A DNA stretch of 64,000 bases from Calditrichia bacterium (GTDB lineage Bacteria > Calditrichota > Calditrichia > JAJRVZ01). Positions 52,638 through 63,320 of the stretch are shown here, in pieces; within the stretch, counting starts at the first letter, position 1; each line of letters begins with the position of its first letter. A program made the translations under genes and the position numbers. Below the pieces are notes generated by a model. The model ran no database searches, had not been told where the DNA came from, and saw only the letters and a program-made list of their open reading frames with translations. The DNA lies in contig CAWCNS010000005.1 in assembly GCA_963796965.1 (NCBI GenBank), positions 832,001-896,000 on the forward strand. Reading direction: 5' to 3'.

Positions 52638-53246
52638 TTACACTTTTATCCCATTAACAAAACCATCCAACAGAAAATCGACAATTTTATCTAAATTTAT
52701 CGCCTTACGATCCATAATCCACTGTAGCATGACACCATCAAAAGCACCAATAAAAACAGACGCGGCAGTTGTGGGATCAATAGATCGAAAGACACCTTGC
52801 TCAATACCATTTTCGAGTATTTTTGTGACCAGAGCTCTATATTCTGTATAAACACCTTTGAGATTAATCTTCTTTAAAAGCTCCTCATCCTTATTTCTTA
52901 CCCCTTCTGCCCAGAATTCCATCATAATATCGGCATAATCTGCATTTCCATGTAAGACAGATTTAAGCGATAGTTCCGCTAAAATCCTTAATTGCTTTAT
53001 TGGATTCGGTTCTGATGAAATTGCCTGTGTCACATTTGCTTCCAACGACTCAAAAAAATATGCAAAGGAAGTCGTAAAAATATCTTCTTTGCTTTGGAAA
53101 TACTCATAGATCGTTCCTTTGCCAATTCCCGCCTCAGTTGCAATATCAATCATCTTGGTTTTGACCACACCTTTGCGCGCAAAAACGCGCATGGCAACAT
53201 GTAAGATATCCATCTTTTTTGCTTCTTTGTCAACAATTCGTGGCAT
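52638..53246 (-). CDS. TetR/AcrR-family regulator
   Basis: MIDIATEAGIGKGTIYEYFQSKEDI. Confidence 0.92.
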   Translation of the reverse strand: MPRIVDKEAKKMDILHVAMRVFARKGVVKTKMIDIATEAGIGKGTIYEYFQSKEDIFTTSFAYFFESLEANVTQAISSEPNPIKQLRILAELSLKSVLHGNADYADIMMEFWAEGVRNKDEELLKKINLKGVYTEYRALVTKILENGIEQGVFRSIDPTTAASVFIGAFDGVMLQWIMDRKAINLDKIVDFLLDGFVNGIKV

Positions 53247-53271
53247 TGATACTCCAAAACAATATTTATTA

Positions 53272-53319
53272 TGACCGACCGGTCAGTATTATAATAATCA
53301 ATTCAAGCACATTTGTCAA
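53272..53319 (-). promoter_or_regulatory. Promoter and TetR operator for the second ABC operon
   Basis: Minus-strand TTGACA-17-TATTAT followed by the perfect palindrome TGACCG-AC-CGGTCA (53272-53285). Confidence 0.7.
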
Positions 53320-53479
53320 TACTTTTTTCAACAAAAAGTAGTTAACCTCCAATAAAATTTATTTATTAGCTGTTCTCCTTGCTATTGGTGGTCGAAAATA
53401 ATTTCAGAAGTAGATATTTCCTCCATTTCTGATTATATTGACATACGTTAATCCCTCCATATATTAGAGAGAGTGTCCT

Positions 53480-53833
53480 ATGATTTGTCCTGAATGTAAA
53501 TCTGAATATGTGGCAAACATATATCAGTGCCCTGATTGTGATGTTGCGTTAGTTTATGAACTACCCCCCGAGATTGAAAATCATTCTGAAGTCGCGTATG
53601 ATGAAAATTTTATTTCTATCTATTCACCGGCAAACTCACAAGAAACGGCCCTCATAAAAATGATACTGGACCGCGAAGAGATAGCCTATTTTCTTAAAAA
53701 TGAAAACAAACATGGTCTGGGAGGATCTCCAGCCTCACCCTTCATTTCAAATGCACGGATTGAATTATATGTACCACCGGACATGGCTGAACAAGCATTA
53801 GAAGTCCTAAAATCTGAACTTAGTTTAAAGTAA
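53480..53833 (+). CDS. Zinc-ribbon plus DUF2007-like protein
   Basis: CPECKSEY...CPDCDVAL, then ETALIKMILDREEI and ELYVP. Confidence 0.7.
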   Translation: MICPECKSEYVANIYQCPDCDVALVYELPPEIENHSEVAYDENFISIYSPANSQETALIKMILDREEIAYFLKNENKHGLGGSPASPFISNARIELYVPPDMAEQALEVLKSELSLK

Positions 53834-53883
53834 TATTACTAAATACCCATTTACCATAAGTTTGATCACATCCCCAAACAATC

Positions 53884-55538
53884 ATGTATTATAAATTGAA
53901 CCGCTGGGAAAACCAGATATTTTGGATTCTAATCATCATTCACCTTCTCCCTCTCTGGTCTGTAAACTACTTTCCAACGCAAGACGGACCTGTTCATCTT
54001 GAAAACGCCATTATCTTAAATGAATATACTAACCCAGAAGCCAAAATCTTACATGACTATTACGAAATAAATAAGCAAGATCCTTCGAACTGGTTAATTC
54101 AACTCATATTGAGCGGCTTGACACTTATTTCTCCCTTATTCATAGCTGAAAAATTACTCATTAGCATCTATGTTATATTCTTCCCACTCTCTTTTCGTTA
54201 TTGCCTTAAATCAGTAAATCCGCAATCAACATTTTTTTCATTTTTAATTTTTCCCTTTATATATAATTATTCACTTCATATGGGATTTTATGGATTTTCA
54301 TATAGCCTTATTTTGTTTTTTGGATTATTTGGCTTCTGGGTGAAGCACCGCGATAAGTTCACCCCCTTTAAACTCATCACTCTGATTGGATTGACTCTTA
54401 TCACCTATTTATTCCATATCATATCCCTGGTAATGGTTTACACGGCAATTTCTTGTCTCATATTATTATTCTATATACATGATATAAAAGTTGAAAAGAG
54501 AAAGATACGTTTCAACAGATTTAAGCATCAGGTTTTGGTTGTATTTCTAGCTGTTCTACCAACTCTATTACTTATAATTTTATTTTTGTCAGAACAAGGG
54601 ATTAACCCGGTGTATTCCACTCTTTTACAGACCGCCTGATCCAATTGGGAGCCCTTACATCCCTGTATTCTTATTTAAGAGCAGAATTATGGTTTGCGAT
54701 AGTGATAGTTCTTCTATTATTTTTTCTATCGATTTATTTAGTTAGTAATAAAATTCGCAGCAGAAGGATTAATGTTTATGACCATTTTTTAATCATCTAT
54801 GCCATTTTTCTTGGAATCTATTTCTTAGCTCCGGATAAAATCGCCAACGGCGAAATTATAAATGCCAGATTGATGCTCTATTGCTATTTCATTCTCCTCA
54901 TCTGGATAGGTGTACAAACCTACAATGAAAAATTCAAACAATACATGGTAATAATACCCATTGTTATTTCCCTGTTTATTTTGAGTTTAAATGCGTCAAC
55001 CTATGCTGAAATTAATAAAAATTTAGAAGCATTTATTCACCCCTCAAAATTAATTCAGGAGAACACTACTCTATTGGCCCTAAGCTATTATGAAACAAAT
55101 TCCAAGAATAATCAATCACTTCCCTCTTATCGGGTAAATCCTTTTATGCATGCCGCCTCACTCATCTCAGCAAAGAAAAGAATCGTAAATTTAGGAAATT
55201 ACCAGGCATGGAAGGGGTATTTTCCTATCCAGTATCGGCATCAACGTAATCCCCTGCGCCATCTTGCCATAAATTCCCAAATAGAAACGGTTCCACCTGC
55301 CATAAATATCCCCTCCTACATCAATAATACTGGCGGTCATGTAGATTATGTCTTAATTTGGTCTTTGGGAAATAAATATCGGGATCATCCCAATACAAAG
55401 TCTATTATGCGCCAGTTGGATCAAGGGTATACAAAGATATATGAATCTTCCGGACCTGAAAATTTGAGCTTATATATATCGATTGATTTTAATTCCTATA
55501 ATCGCACCAATAATAATTTTGCTGGAAAGAAAGAGTAG
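53884..55538 (+). CDS. Polytopic membrane protein (possible GT-C-type glycosyltransferase); -1 frameshift near 54628
   Basis: Roughly a dozen TM segments, an acidic motif FPTQDGPVH in the first external loop and a soluble C-terminal domain; two ORFs abut. Confidence 0.5.
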
Positions 55539-55544
55539 AAATCT

Positions 55545-55991
55545 ATGGAGAGAATTGAAAAAGCCGTTCAACTATTTGATGAGGGATCTAATTGTTCCCA
55601 GTCAATATTGGTTTCATTTGCAGATTATGTCGGATTTGATCAGGAATTAGCTTTTAGGCTGGGATCTGGTTTAGGCGGTGGTTTAGGCCGTAAACAATAT
55701 ATTTGCGGTGCTGTAAATGCCGGCGCTCTCATCTTGAGCATGAAATACGGAAACAAGCATCCAGATGAAAAAGAAAAGAAAGAAGAATCTTATAAACAAG
55801 TTGAGACATTTATCTCTAAAATGGAGAATGAATTAGGTGATGTAAATTGCTCAAGTTTGTTAAATATTGATATCTCTTCTGAGGAAGGCAAAAACGAAGC
55901 AAAAGAATTGGGCTTATTCAAAAATGTATGCCCGGCTTGTATACACGCTGTTGCCCTCTACCTTCAATCAGATTTGGATCATTCACTGTGA
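55545..55991 (+). CDS. C_GCAxxG_C_C family putative redox protein
   Basis: NCSQS, ICGAVNAG, NCSSL and VCPAC. Confidence 0.85.
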   Translation: MERIEKAVQLFDEGSNCSQSILVSFADYVGFDQELAFRLGSGLGGGLGRKQYICGAVNAGALILSMKYGNKHPDEKEKKEESYKQVETFISKMENELGDVNCSSLLNIDISSEEGKNEAKELGLFKNVCPACIHAVALYLQSDLDHSL

Positions 55992-56052
55992 AATTTTAAG
56001 ACCTATGATTAACCATAAAAATAGACGTCTAAGGCATGAGGAAAGTTAAACA

Positions 56053-56883
56053 ATGCTAAACATTGGCAAAATGAATACCTTAAAGATTAATAAAAGTGTA
56101 GAATTCGGTGTGTACCTGGATGGTCAGGAATATGATGAAATATTATTACCGGGAAGGTATGTGCCCAAAAATGCCGCCATCGGCTCCGATATTACTGTTT
56201 TTGTATATTTTGATTCTGAAGACCGTCTTATTGCAACGACGGAAACACCGATAGCAATGGTCGGAGAATTTAGTATGCTGAAAACTGTTATGGTCACTCA
56301 GGTTGGTGCTTTTTTGGATTGGGGGCTACCCAAAGATCTTCTCGTTCCCTTTCGTGAACAAAAACAGAGAATGGTTAAGGGCAGGAGCTACCTCGTTTAT
56401 ATTTACATCGACGAAGCCACAGATCGAATTGTTGCATCATCAAAGCTCGATAAATTCTTATTGCCCCCTCCCTCCACTCTGAGAGTCGGAGAGGTTATTG
56501 ACATTTTAATCGCTGAAAAAACTGATCTTGGATATAAAGTTATTATTAACAATAAATATCCGGGAATTTTGTATAAAAACGAAATATTTCAAGATGTTAA
56601 AATAGCCCAAACACTTCCAGCCTATATTAAAAAAATAAGAGAAGATAATAAGATTGATGTTAGCCTTAACCAACCAGGTTTTCAAAAAGTAACCAACATC
56701 ACAGATGATATTCTTACTGCTCTTCGAGACAAAGGTGGTTTTATTCCACTCAATGACAAATCAAATCCCACTCAAATATATTCGATGTTCGGCGTAAGTA
56801 AAAAAACTTTTAAAAAAGCAATAGGTGTCCTGTATCGGGAAGAACATATTTCGATTACAGATGATGGTATAAAGTTAGTTTGA
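56053..56883 (+). CDS. CvfB-family S1 RNA-binding protein
   Basis: FGVYLDG, GAFLDWGLPKDLLVPFREQ and FGVSKKTFKKAIG. Confidence 0.88.
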   Translation: MLNIGKMNTLKINKSVEFGVYLDGQEYDEILLPGRYVPKNAAIGSDITVFVYFDSEDRLIATTETPIAMVGEFSMLKTVMVTQVGAFLDWGLPKDLLVPFREQKQRMVKGRSYLVYIYIDEATDRIVASSKLDKFLLPPPSTLRVGEVIDILIAEKTDLGYKVIINNKYPGILYKNEIFQDVKIAQTLPAYIKKIREDNKIDVSLNQPGFQKVTNITDDILTALRDKGGFIPLNDKSNPTQIYSMFGVSKKTFKKAIGVLYREEHISITDDGIKLV

Positions 56884-57299
56884 ACAAGTACGATGGAAAG
56901 GAAGTCTCTTTGGAAAAACAGCAAAAAAGACCTGATCTTGGGGCATTCAACCATGTTGCCATCGAAGTAAAAGATTTACAATCTGCCTTGCAGTTCTACC
57001 AGGATATTTTGGGTCTTTCCGTTTTACCCATGCCAGAGGGTGTAAAGGAAAAATCTATCGCCTGGCTTGATCTCAGCGATAAACTTGCCTTGCACATTGT
57101 TCAAAAGGAAGATGCAGCACCGGGAAAGACGTCCCATTTTGCCTTCAATGTGGACGATGTTGACCAGTGGCGCAAATATTTACTCTCTAAAAATATTGAA
57201 ATCTTTCAACCTCAGATCGACATATATTCTGCTCAGCGCATATTCGTGAAAGATCCATCCGGCAATCGACTTGAATTCGTAAAGTGGCAGCATCCATAG
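56880..57299 (+). CDS. VOC/glyoxalase family protein
   Basis: NHVAIEV, FYQDILGL, HFAFNV and DPSGNRLEF. Confidence 0.88.
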   Translation: MNKYDGKEVSLEKQQKRPDLGAFNHVAIEVKDLQSALQFYQDILGLSVLPMPEGVKEKSIAWLDLSDKLALHIVQKEDAAPGKTSHFAFNVDDVDQWRKYLLSKNIEIFQPQIDIYSAQRIFVKDPSGNRLEFVKWQHP

Positions 57300-57476
57300 A
57301 TAAATGAATACATTGTGATTGCCATATTGTTGCCTTCTATTTTCTCTATTCTCAAACCTAACCCCCTACCTTTTTTCACATTAAGAAATAATTCTATCAC
57401 CGATCTGGTTTTTAGAATATACTATTCATACTAAAATTAATAGAGATCATTGTCGCCATTCAGGAGGTTTTCTTCA

Positions 57477-57911
57477 ATGCACTATTCATGTGAGGTTTTA
57501 ATCAATCTTCCCCGGGAGAAGGTAATCAAATTATTTGATGATGCTGGAAATCTGAAGAAATGGATGGAAGGATTGGAAAGTTTTGAGCACCTTAGTGGAG
57601 AGCCTGGGCAACCCGGTGCAGAGTCACAATTGACATTTGATCATAAGGGACACCGTCTTGAGATGATTGAGACAATTAGAGAAAGAAATCTACCTGAACT
57701 ATACGCAGGTACCTACACAACCAGAGGTGTAATAAATGAGGTTATAAATCATTTTTACGAAGATGGGACAGATAGAACGCGGTGGGTGTCCGAAAATGAA
57801 TTTCAATTTAATGGATTAATGAAATTAATGGTTTTTTTTATGCGTAATGCCTTCCCAAAACAGACAAAATTCCACATGGAGAATTTTAAAAAATTTGCTG
57901 AAAAGGCCTGA
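57477..57911 (+). CDS. SRPBCC family protein
   Basis: INLPREKVIKLFDD, WMEGLES and FKKFAE; AGGAGG RBS. Confidence 0.8.
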   Translation: MHYSCEVLINLPREKVIKLFDDAGNLKKWMEGLESFEHLSGEPGQPGAESQLTFDHKGHRLEMIETIRERNLPELYAGTYTTRGVINEVINHFYEDGTDRTRWVSENEFQFNGLMKLMVFFMRNAFPKQTKFHMENFKKFAEKA

Positions 57912-58107
57912 ATCACTTCATTTTTTCTCTTCACTTTTTACTGAATATCCTGTATTTTTAAATTATAGTATATCATATGATCCTGATTTATTCAAAACCG
58001 GATTTACCTAATACTATAATACCCGAATCGGGATATGAGATTTGCGATCTGTGATACTTTCAAATCATGGATTAATAGACTATAATAGTGAATTGAGTGG
58101 AGGAGTG

Positions 58108-59329
58108 ATGAATTTACAGCAGAACAATATTTTCAGATTCACCTGTATTTTTTATCTTATGATCCTGATCCTATGCCTTCTCGGATCCTTGTACTCAAGC
58201 ACTCACCCTCAGGGCCAACAGGACTCAATCCGCAAGCGAAGCCGAGAGTTAGGTATTGAGATTGGTTTAATGAGGCCAGGAGAATTAAATGCTATAACCG
58301 ATGTACAGGGCGTCAAAGTTGGACACAAGACTTTAATCACAGATAATCAGATATGCACAGGTGTAACCGCCGTAATACCTCATAGTGACAATGTCTTTCA
58401 AACCAAAGTTCCGGCGGCAATTTATTGCTACAACGCTTTTGGCAAACTTGCAGGAACTACTCAGGTTGATGAGCTAGGTAATCTTGAGACACCTATAATT
58501 TTGACGAATACCCTCAGCGTGGGAACGGCTGTTTCTGCTGTTGTTCAATATACACGTGATCAACCGGGGAACGAAAACGTTAGGTCTGTGAATGCTGTTG
58601 TCGGTGAGACCAATGATGGTTATCTCAACGATATCCGGGGACAACATATCACCAAAAGCCATGTTATTGAGGCAATTTTGAATTCTTCTACAGGTTTGCC
58701 AGCAGAAGGTACTGTGGGAGCAGGAACTGGAACATCAGCCTTTGGTTTTAAAGGGGGAATTGGTACATCTTCCAGGTTGACCCCAAAAATTAGCGGGATT
58801 CAGTATACCGTTGGCGTGCTGGTTCAATCCAACTTCGGCTGGGAGCTGACAATTAACGGTGTTCCCTTTTCCCGGGAAATAAAACAAAACACTTCCCGTG
58901 CTGAAGATGGCTCATGCATGATCGTTATTGCAACGGATGCACCGCTTTCCCCCCGAAATCTGAAACGTATTGCCAAACGGGCTTTTGCCGGTATGGCTCG
59001 TACCCGGGCTTTTATGTCCAATGGATCCGGAGATTATGCCATAGCCTTTTCAACGGCCTATCGTATTCCATACAATTCAGTCAATGATTTAGTAAAAATA
59101 CCACCACTCGTCCATAATAACCATATGAATGATCTTTTCCGCGCCACTGAAGAAGCGGTACAAGAAGCGATTTATAACTCCTTATTTATGGCTACCTCAA
59201 TTACAGGATATCAGGGACATAAGAAAGAAGCGTATCTCTCTCGATCTCGTTATTGATATCATGAAAAAATATAATATGATTAATTTGCATGACAGATTAA
59301 ATTGGTCACCTTATATATATAATGATTGA
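58108..59329 (+). CDS. DmpA/P1 family (S58) aminopeptidase; +1 frameshift near 59233
   Basis: NAITDVQGVKVGH, GETNDGYLND, GAGTG, FKGGIGTSSR, DGSCMIVIATDAP and NGSGDYAIAFST. Confidence 0.88.
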
Positions 59330-59466
59330 TTGACCTAAACATCTGGAGAAATACAGAAATTATATTTCAAAAATCGAAATGGATTAATCCCGTTCTATTC
59401 TTTTAATTATGTGTATCCTTCGGTTTAATTCGGTGGTTATATATTTATTAATTTTCAGGTGAGCAG

Positions 59467-60225
59467 ATGAATGAATATTTAGAAGCACTCTTTAGACTAT
59501 ATGAAGGATTAGAGCGGCAAGGACCGGGAAGCACACAGAGTACCCTTAAGGCCCTTAACCTGATTAGAAATGATCTGCCTCTTAATCCTCAAATTATTGA
59601 CATGGGATGTGGTTGCGGTGCACAGACATTCGTATTAGCAAAAGAATTAGAGGGAAAAATTACGGCAATCGATATTTACCAACCATACCTAAATCAAATC
59701 GCAGAATATTCGAGAAATAAGGCGTATAAATCAATGATCAGCTGCCTGAATCAGGATATGGTGGCATTATCATTAGATTCCCTCAGTTTTGATTTAATAT
59801 GGTCAGAGGGTGCTATTTATATCATGGGATTCGAGAATGGTCTGCGGACCTGGCAGTCATTTCTTAGACCCGGAGGATTTATGGTTATCTCAGAATTAAG
59901 TTGGTTTAGAAATGATCCACCAAAGGAAGCATTAGATTATTGGCAGCAGGGATACCCTGGAATAAAATCTATCCCGGATAATTTGTCTGTCGCAAAAGGA
60001 ACAAATTTAGAGATTGTAGGCCATTTTTCTCTTCCGGATGAAGATTGGTGGATTAGTTATTACAATCCATTACAAATAAAAATCGACGAATTAATAGATA
60101 GGGAAAAGCCCAACCCGGGAATGAAATCTGTCATTCGGGATACCATAGAAGAAATGGAAATTATGAAGAAATATTCATATTTTTGCGGATATGAATTTTA
60201 CATACTCAAGAAACCTAAAAATTAA
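59467..60225 (+). CDS. Class I SAM-dependent methyltransferase
   Basis: RQGPGS, DMGCGCG and FDLIWSEGAIY. Confidence 0.88.
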   Translation: MNEYLEALFRLYEGLERQGPGSTQSTLKALNLIRNDLPLNPQIIDMGCGCGAQTFVLAKELEGKITAIDIYQPYLNQIAEYSRNKAYKSMISCLNQDMVALSLDSLSFDLIWSEGAIYIMGFENGLRTWQSFLRPGGFMVISELSWFRNDPPKEALDYWQQGYPGIKSIPDNLSVAKGTNLEIVGHFSLPDEDWWISYYNPLQIKIDELIDREKPNPGMKSVIRDTIEEMEIMKKYSYFCGYEFYILKKPKN

Positions 60226-60244
60226 TTTAAACGATACTTTCTAA

Positions 60245-60928
60245 ATGATATATAAATGGATAATATTTGACGCAGACGGCACTTTATTTGATTATGATGC
60301 AGCTGAATTCTACGCACTTAAAAATTCATTCGCCTCTTTTAACCTGCCCTTCTCTGCTGAATACCTTGATTTCTATCGACAATTCAATAAAGTTTTGTGG
60401 GATGAATTTGAACGTGGTGAGATCACCATACCTCTGCTCAAAACAAAGAGGTTTGATTTATTATTAAAAAAATTAGAGATCGGATTTAATCCACAAGTAT
60501 TTGGTTCTACCTATCTGGATCACCTCTCGCAGCGCCACGATTTGATTGACGGTGCAGTTAAAATACTACAAGACCTGTCAGCAAGATTCTCTCTGGTTCT
60601 TATGACCAATGGTATCAAAGAAGTCCAACGGTCACGTCTAAATTTATCTCCAATAAAGGATTTTTTCTCAGACATCATCATTTCCGATGAGGTGGGTGTT
60701 GCCAAACCTGATAAGCGAATCTTCGAAATTTCTCACGAGAGAATGTCTTCTCCTTCAAAAAACAGTTTATTGATGGTGGGTGACAACCTAAGTTCTGACA
60801 TCAAAGGTGGAAATGATTTTGGCATTGATACCTGTTGGTACAACCCTGATTCACTTAACTCAAATCCCGCAATCATACCAACTTATGAGATCAGAAATCT
60901 TGATGAACTCAGGAATATAGTAGAATGA
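60245..60928 (+). CDS. YjjG-family HAD nucleotidase
   Basis: FDADGTLFD, TNG, KPDKRIF and VGDNLSSDIKGG. Confidence 0.88.
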   Translation: MIYKWIIFDADGTLFDYDAAEFYALKNSFASFNLPFSAEYLDFYRQFNKVLWDEFERGEITIPLLKTKRFDLLLKKLEIGFNPQVFGSTYLDHLSQRHDLIDGAVKILQDLSARFSLVLMTNGIKEVQRSRLNLSPIKDFFSDIIISDEVGVAKPDKRIFEISHERMSSPSKNSLLMVGDNLSSDIKGGNDFGIDTCWYNPDSLNSNPAIIPTYEIRNLDELRNIVE

Positions 60929-61031
60929 AAAAAATATAACCACGGAATTACCCCCGTGAAAAGGGCAGGCCAGAAGAACATAGAAGATTCATATTAGAAT
61001 ACCAAAAGGAAAACATCCAGGAGATTCACAC

Positions 61032-61463
61032 ATGTCGATTTGGTTTATAAAACCTACGCTTGAAGATTTAAATAATCTTTCAAAAAATACAATGGTTGAG
61101 CATCTGGAGATCATATACACTGATATTGGTGATGATTATATCGCTGCCACGATGCCTGTAGATTATCGCACACATCAACCTGATGGTTTACTTCACGGCG
61201 GCGCATCTGTATCTCTGGCTGAAACATTAGGGAGTGTTGCTGCCAACTTATGTATTGATCGCTCTAAAAAGATGAGTGTTGGTTTAGAGATAAATGCGAA
61301 TCATATCCGATCTGTAAGAGAGGGCTTTGTCAAGGGGGTTACCCGTCCGATTCATATTGGGAATTCAACTCAGATTTGGGATATTAGGATATCGGACAAC
61401 AAAAATCATCTGGTCTCCGTTATCCGTCTTACAATGGCGGTCCTTGACCGGAAAAAAGAATAA
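61032..61463 (+). CDS. Hotdog-fold thioesterase (MenI/YdiI-like)
   Basis: QPDGLLHGGASVSLAETLGS and GLEINANH. Confidence 0.9.
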   Translation: MSIWFIKPTLEDLNNLSKNTMVEHLEIIYTDIGDDYIAATMPVDYRTHQPDGLLHGGASVSLAETLGSVAANLCIDRSKKMSVGLEINANHIRSVREGFVKGVTRPIHIGNSTQIWDIRISDNKNHLVSVIRLTMAVLDRKKE

Positions 61464-61891
61464 TTTATCTCTAAACTAATGGGTTTTATTGTTCCGAATC
61501 AATCATTATTGTATAGGAATGTGCTTGCATTATATATGATTTTTAGGAATATTTAGGAGATTCTATTTTGAGGATCATAAATACACTATTGGATATATCG
61601 TAATGCAATTAATGAGGGTGTATAAAACAATTTTTTACCAGGAAAATATACGGAGACTCACAGGACAAAGACAAAATATTTATATATTTTCAAACATTAT
61701 TATTAATAATCTAACAAAATGCTATAATTTTTGTTTAAGTCCTTGTGAATCCGTGGTTTATTTTTAGTTTTCACCCATCCTTTTAGCCACATCTTTACTT
61801 GAGTACATTTTTTTTATTCATTTGATAGAGGAGTATAATTTTCCCATTTCAATTTTAATTATTCATTTAATATTTGAAAAAGGAGTTGAGC

Positions 61892-62215
61892 ATGGCACAC
61901 ACATTTGAGGAATTAAGGCATAAAAAAGTTGCCGAGTTGAGAGAAATTGCCGCAGAATTGGGAGAGGATGTAATTCAGGGTGCTAAACAGCTAAACAAAG
62001 AGCATCTTTTAGAAGCTTTATGCAAAGCACTAGATATTGACATGCATGTCCATCATGAGGTCGTTGGCGTTGATAAGGCTTCCATTAAAGCACAGATTAA
62101 GCAGTCAAAAAAGATGCGCGATGAAGCCATTGAATCGAAAAACCCAAAAGAAATTATAAAAGCCCGCAATAAAATTAGAAGGCTCAAAAAACAATTACGC
62201 AAAGCAATGGTTTAA
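61892..62215 (+). CDS. Small basic protein with a Rho N-terminal-like helical domain
   Basis: EELRHKKVAELREIAAELG...QLNKEHLLEAL matches the Rho_N pattern; basic helical C-terminus; AGGAG RBS. Confidence 0.6.
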   Translation: MAHTFEELRHKKVAELREIAAELGEDVIQGAKQLNKEHLLEALCKALDIDMHVHHEVVGVDKASIKAQIKQSKKMRDEAIESKNPKEIIKARNKIRRLKKQLRKAMV

Positions 62216-62267
62216 AGATCAAAAGCTTTGCTTACCAGAAATCCGAGTTCCTTTTTCGGGAATATAT

Positions 62268-62855
62268 ATGTCATCGAAGCGATGGAAGAAATTAGCGGCA
62301 CTCTATCCCCTGCTTAGGGCAAATCCTATTTCTGCATTCATTTTAAGACAAGAAATTGAAGTCCAGAAAGCCACTTTCAGCCCTATTTACAATGAATCTT
62401 TTGCTATAGTTGGTGATGTCGGTGTTGGCAGAGGCCACAGTTTGTATCTTCAACCGGAAGGCGCCACACTGAAAATCGCAATAGATAATTGTACAAAAAT
62501 GATTCTCCTCGACAGCACTCGGTATAAAGATACATGCTTTCTTGCCGGAGATGCACTCAATTTACCGTTTCAGCCAGAATCATTTGATCTTTTACTCTGT
62601 GTTGGTCTCAGCGAGTACATCTCAAACATTGAGCACCTGCTGTCTCAATTGCATTTGATGTTAAAACCTGGTAGATATTTATTTCTTACAAGTTCGCCAC
62701 AAAATGCCCTTACCTTTTTAAGAAAATTTATGGGTCCTAAACTATATCCCAGAACAGCTGATGAATTTAAATCAATTATAAAAAACAATGATTTTAAAAT
62801 CATCCATCAGGGCTCAACATTCTCTCAACATCAATATCTTTTAAAAAAATATTGA
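62268..62855 (+). CDS. Class I SAM-dependent methyltransferase
   Basis: DVGVGRG, GDALNLPF, SFDLL and LKPG. Confidence 0.8.
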   Translation: MSSKRWKKLAALYPLLRANPISAFILRQEIEVQKATFSPIYNESFAIVGDVGVGRGHSLYLQPEGATLKIAIDNCTKMILLDSTRYKDTCFLAGDALNLPFQPESFDLLLCVGLSEYISNIEHLLSQLHLMLKPGRYLFLTSSPQNALTFLRKFMGPKLYPRTADEFKSIIKNNDFKIIHQGSTFSQHQYLLKKY

Positions 62856-62898
62856 ATAAGTATATGATAATTCTAAAAGATTTAAAATTTATATGTCA

Positions 62899-63146
62899 TG
62901 TCTTGACCAGGTGTTTAGAGATTCTTGACTTCAAATCTGGAGAGAAAAAGATGCGAGTCAGGGTCATCCTGAACCCTGGCCTGTCGCTAGGACAGGCTTG
63001 TTTCTCCAAAGGAGTCCTACGGACAGGATCTAAGTGTTTAATTTTTATAAGAACCCGAAATCCCGAATTACATTCGGGAGAATGACGAATTCTGCCTACT
63101 CCAAAATTAATAATGATTATCATTTTGTAAACACCTGGTTAAGACA
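62899..63146. mobile_element. MITE-like 248-bp element with 19-bp terminal inverted repeats and a nested GTCAT...ATGAC element
   Basis: TGTCTTGACCAGGTGTTTA (62899-62917) and TAAACACCTGGTTAAGACA (63128-63146), 18/19 complementary; no coding capacity. Confidence 0.5.
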
Positions 63147-63320
63147 ATACAATTTATAATTGATTAATGGTATCCACTCTCTGAGATTTATGATAAAACT
63201 TGTATAAATACCTCAAGATACTTGCGCCTCATAGATTCAATTATTATTATTTAAAAATTTTTCATGTTAATTGTTGTATAATTAATCGTAGTCGGCTTTA
63301 ATTGATGAAAGAGGCCCCCA

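Noticed and set aside
33020..53246. Prophage or integrative island carrying the cytochrome cluster
   Set aside because: No integrase, tRNA, att-like direct repeats or phage genes; the host's intergenic repeat families occur within the flanking ABC operons.
55545..55991. Second selenoprotein in the C_GCAxxG_C_C gene, which ends in TGA
   Set aside because: All motif cysteines are Cys codons and the TGA follows a complete domain.
62852..63123. Two short ORFs (77 and 75 aa)
   Set aside because: They overlap the palindromic MITE-like element and have no recognisable protein features.
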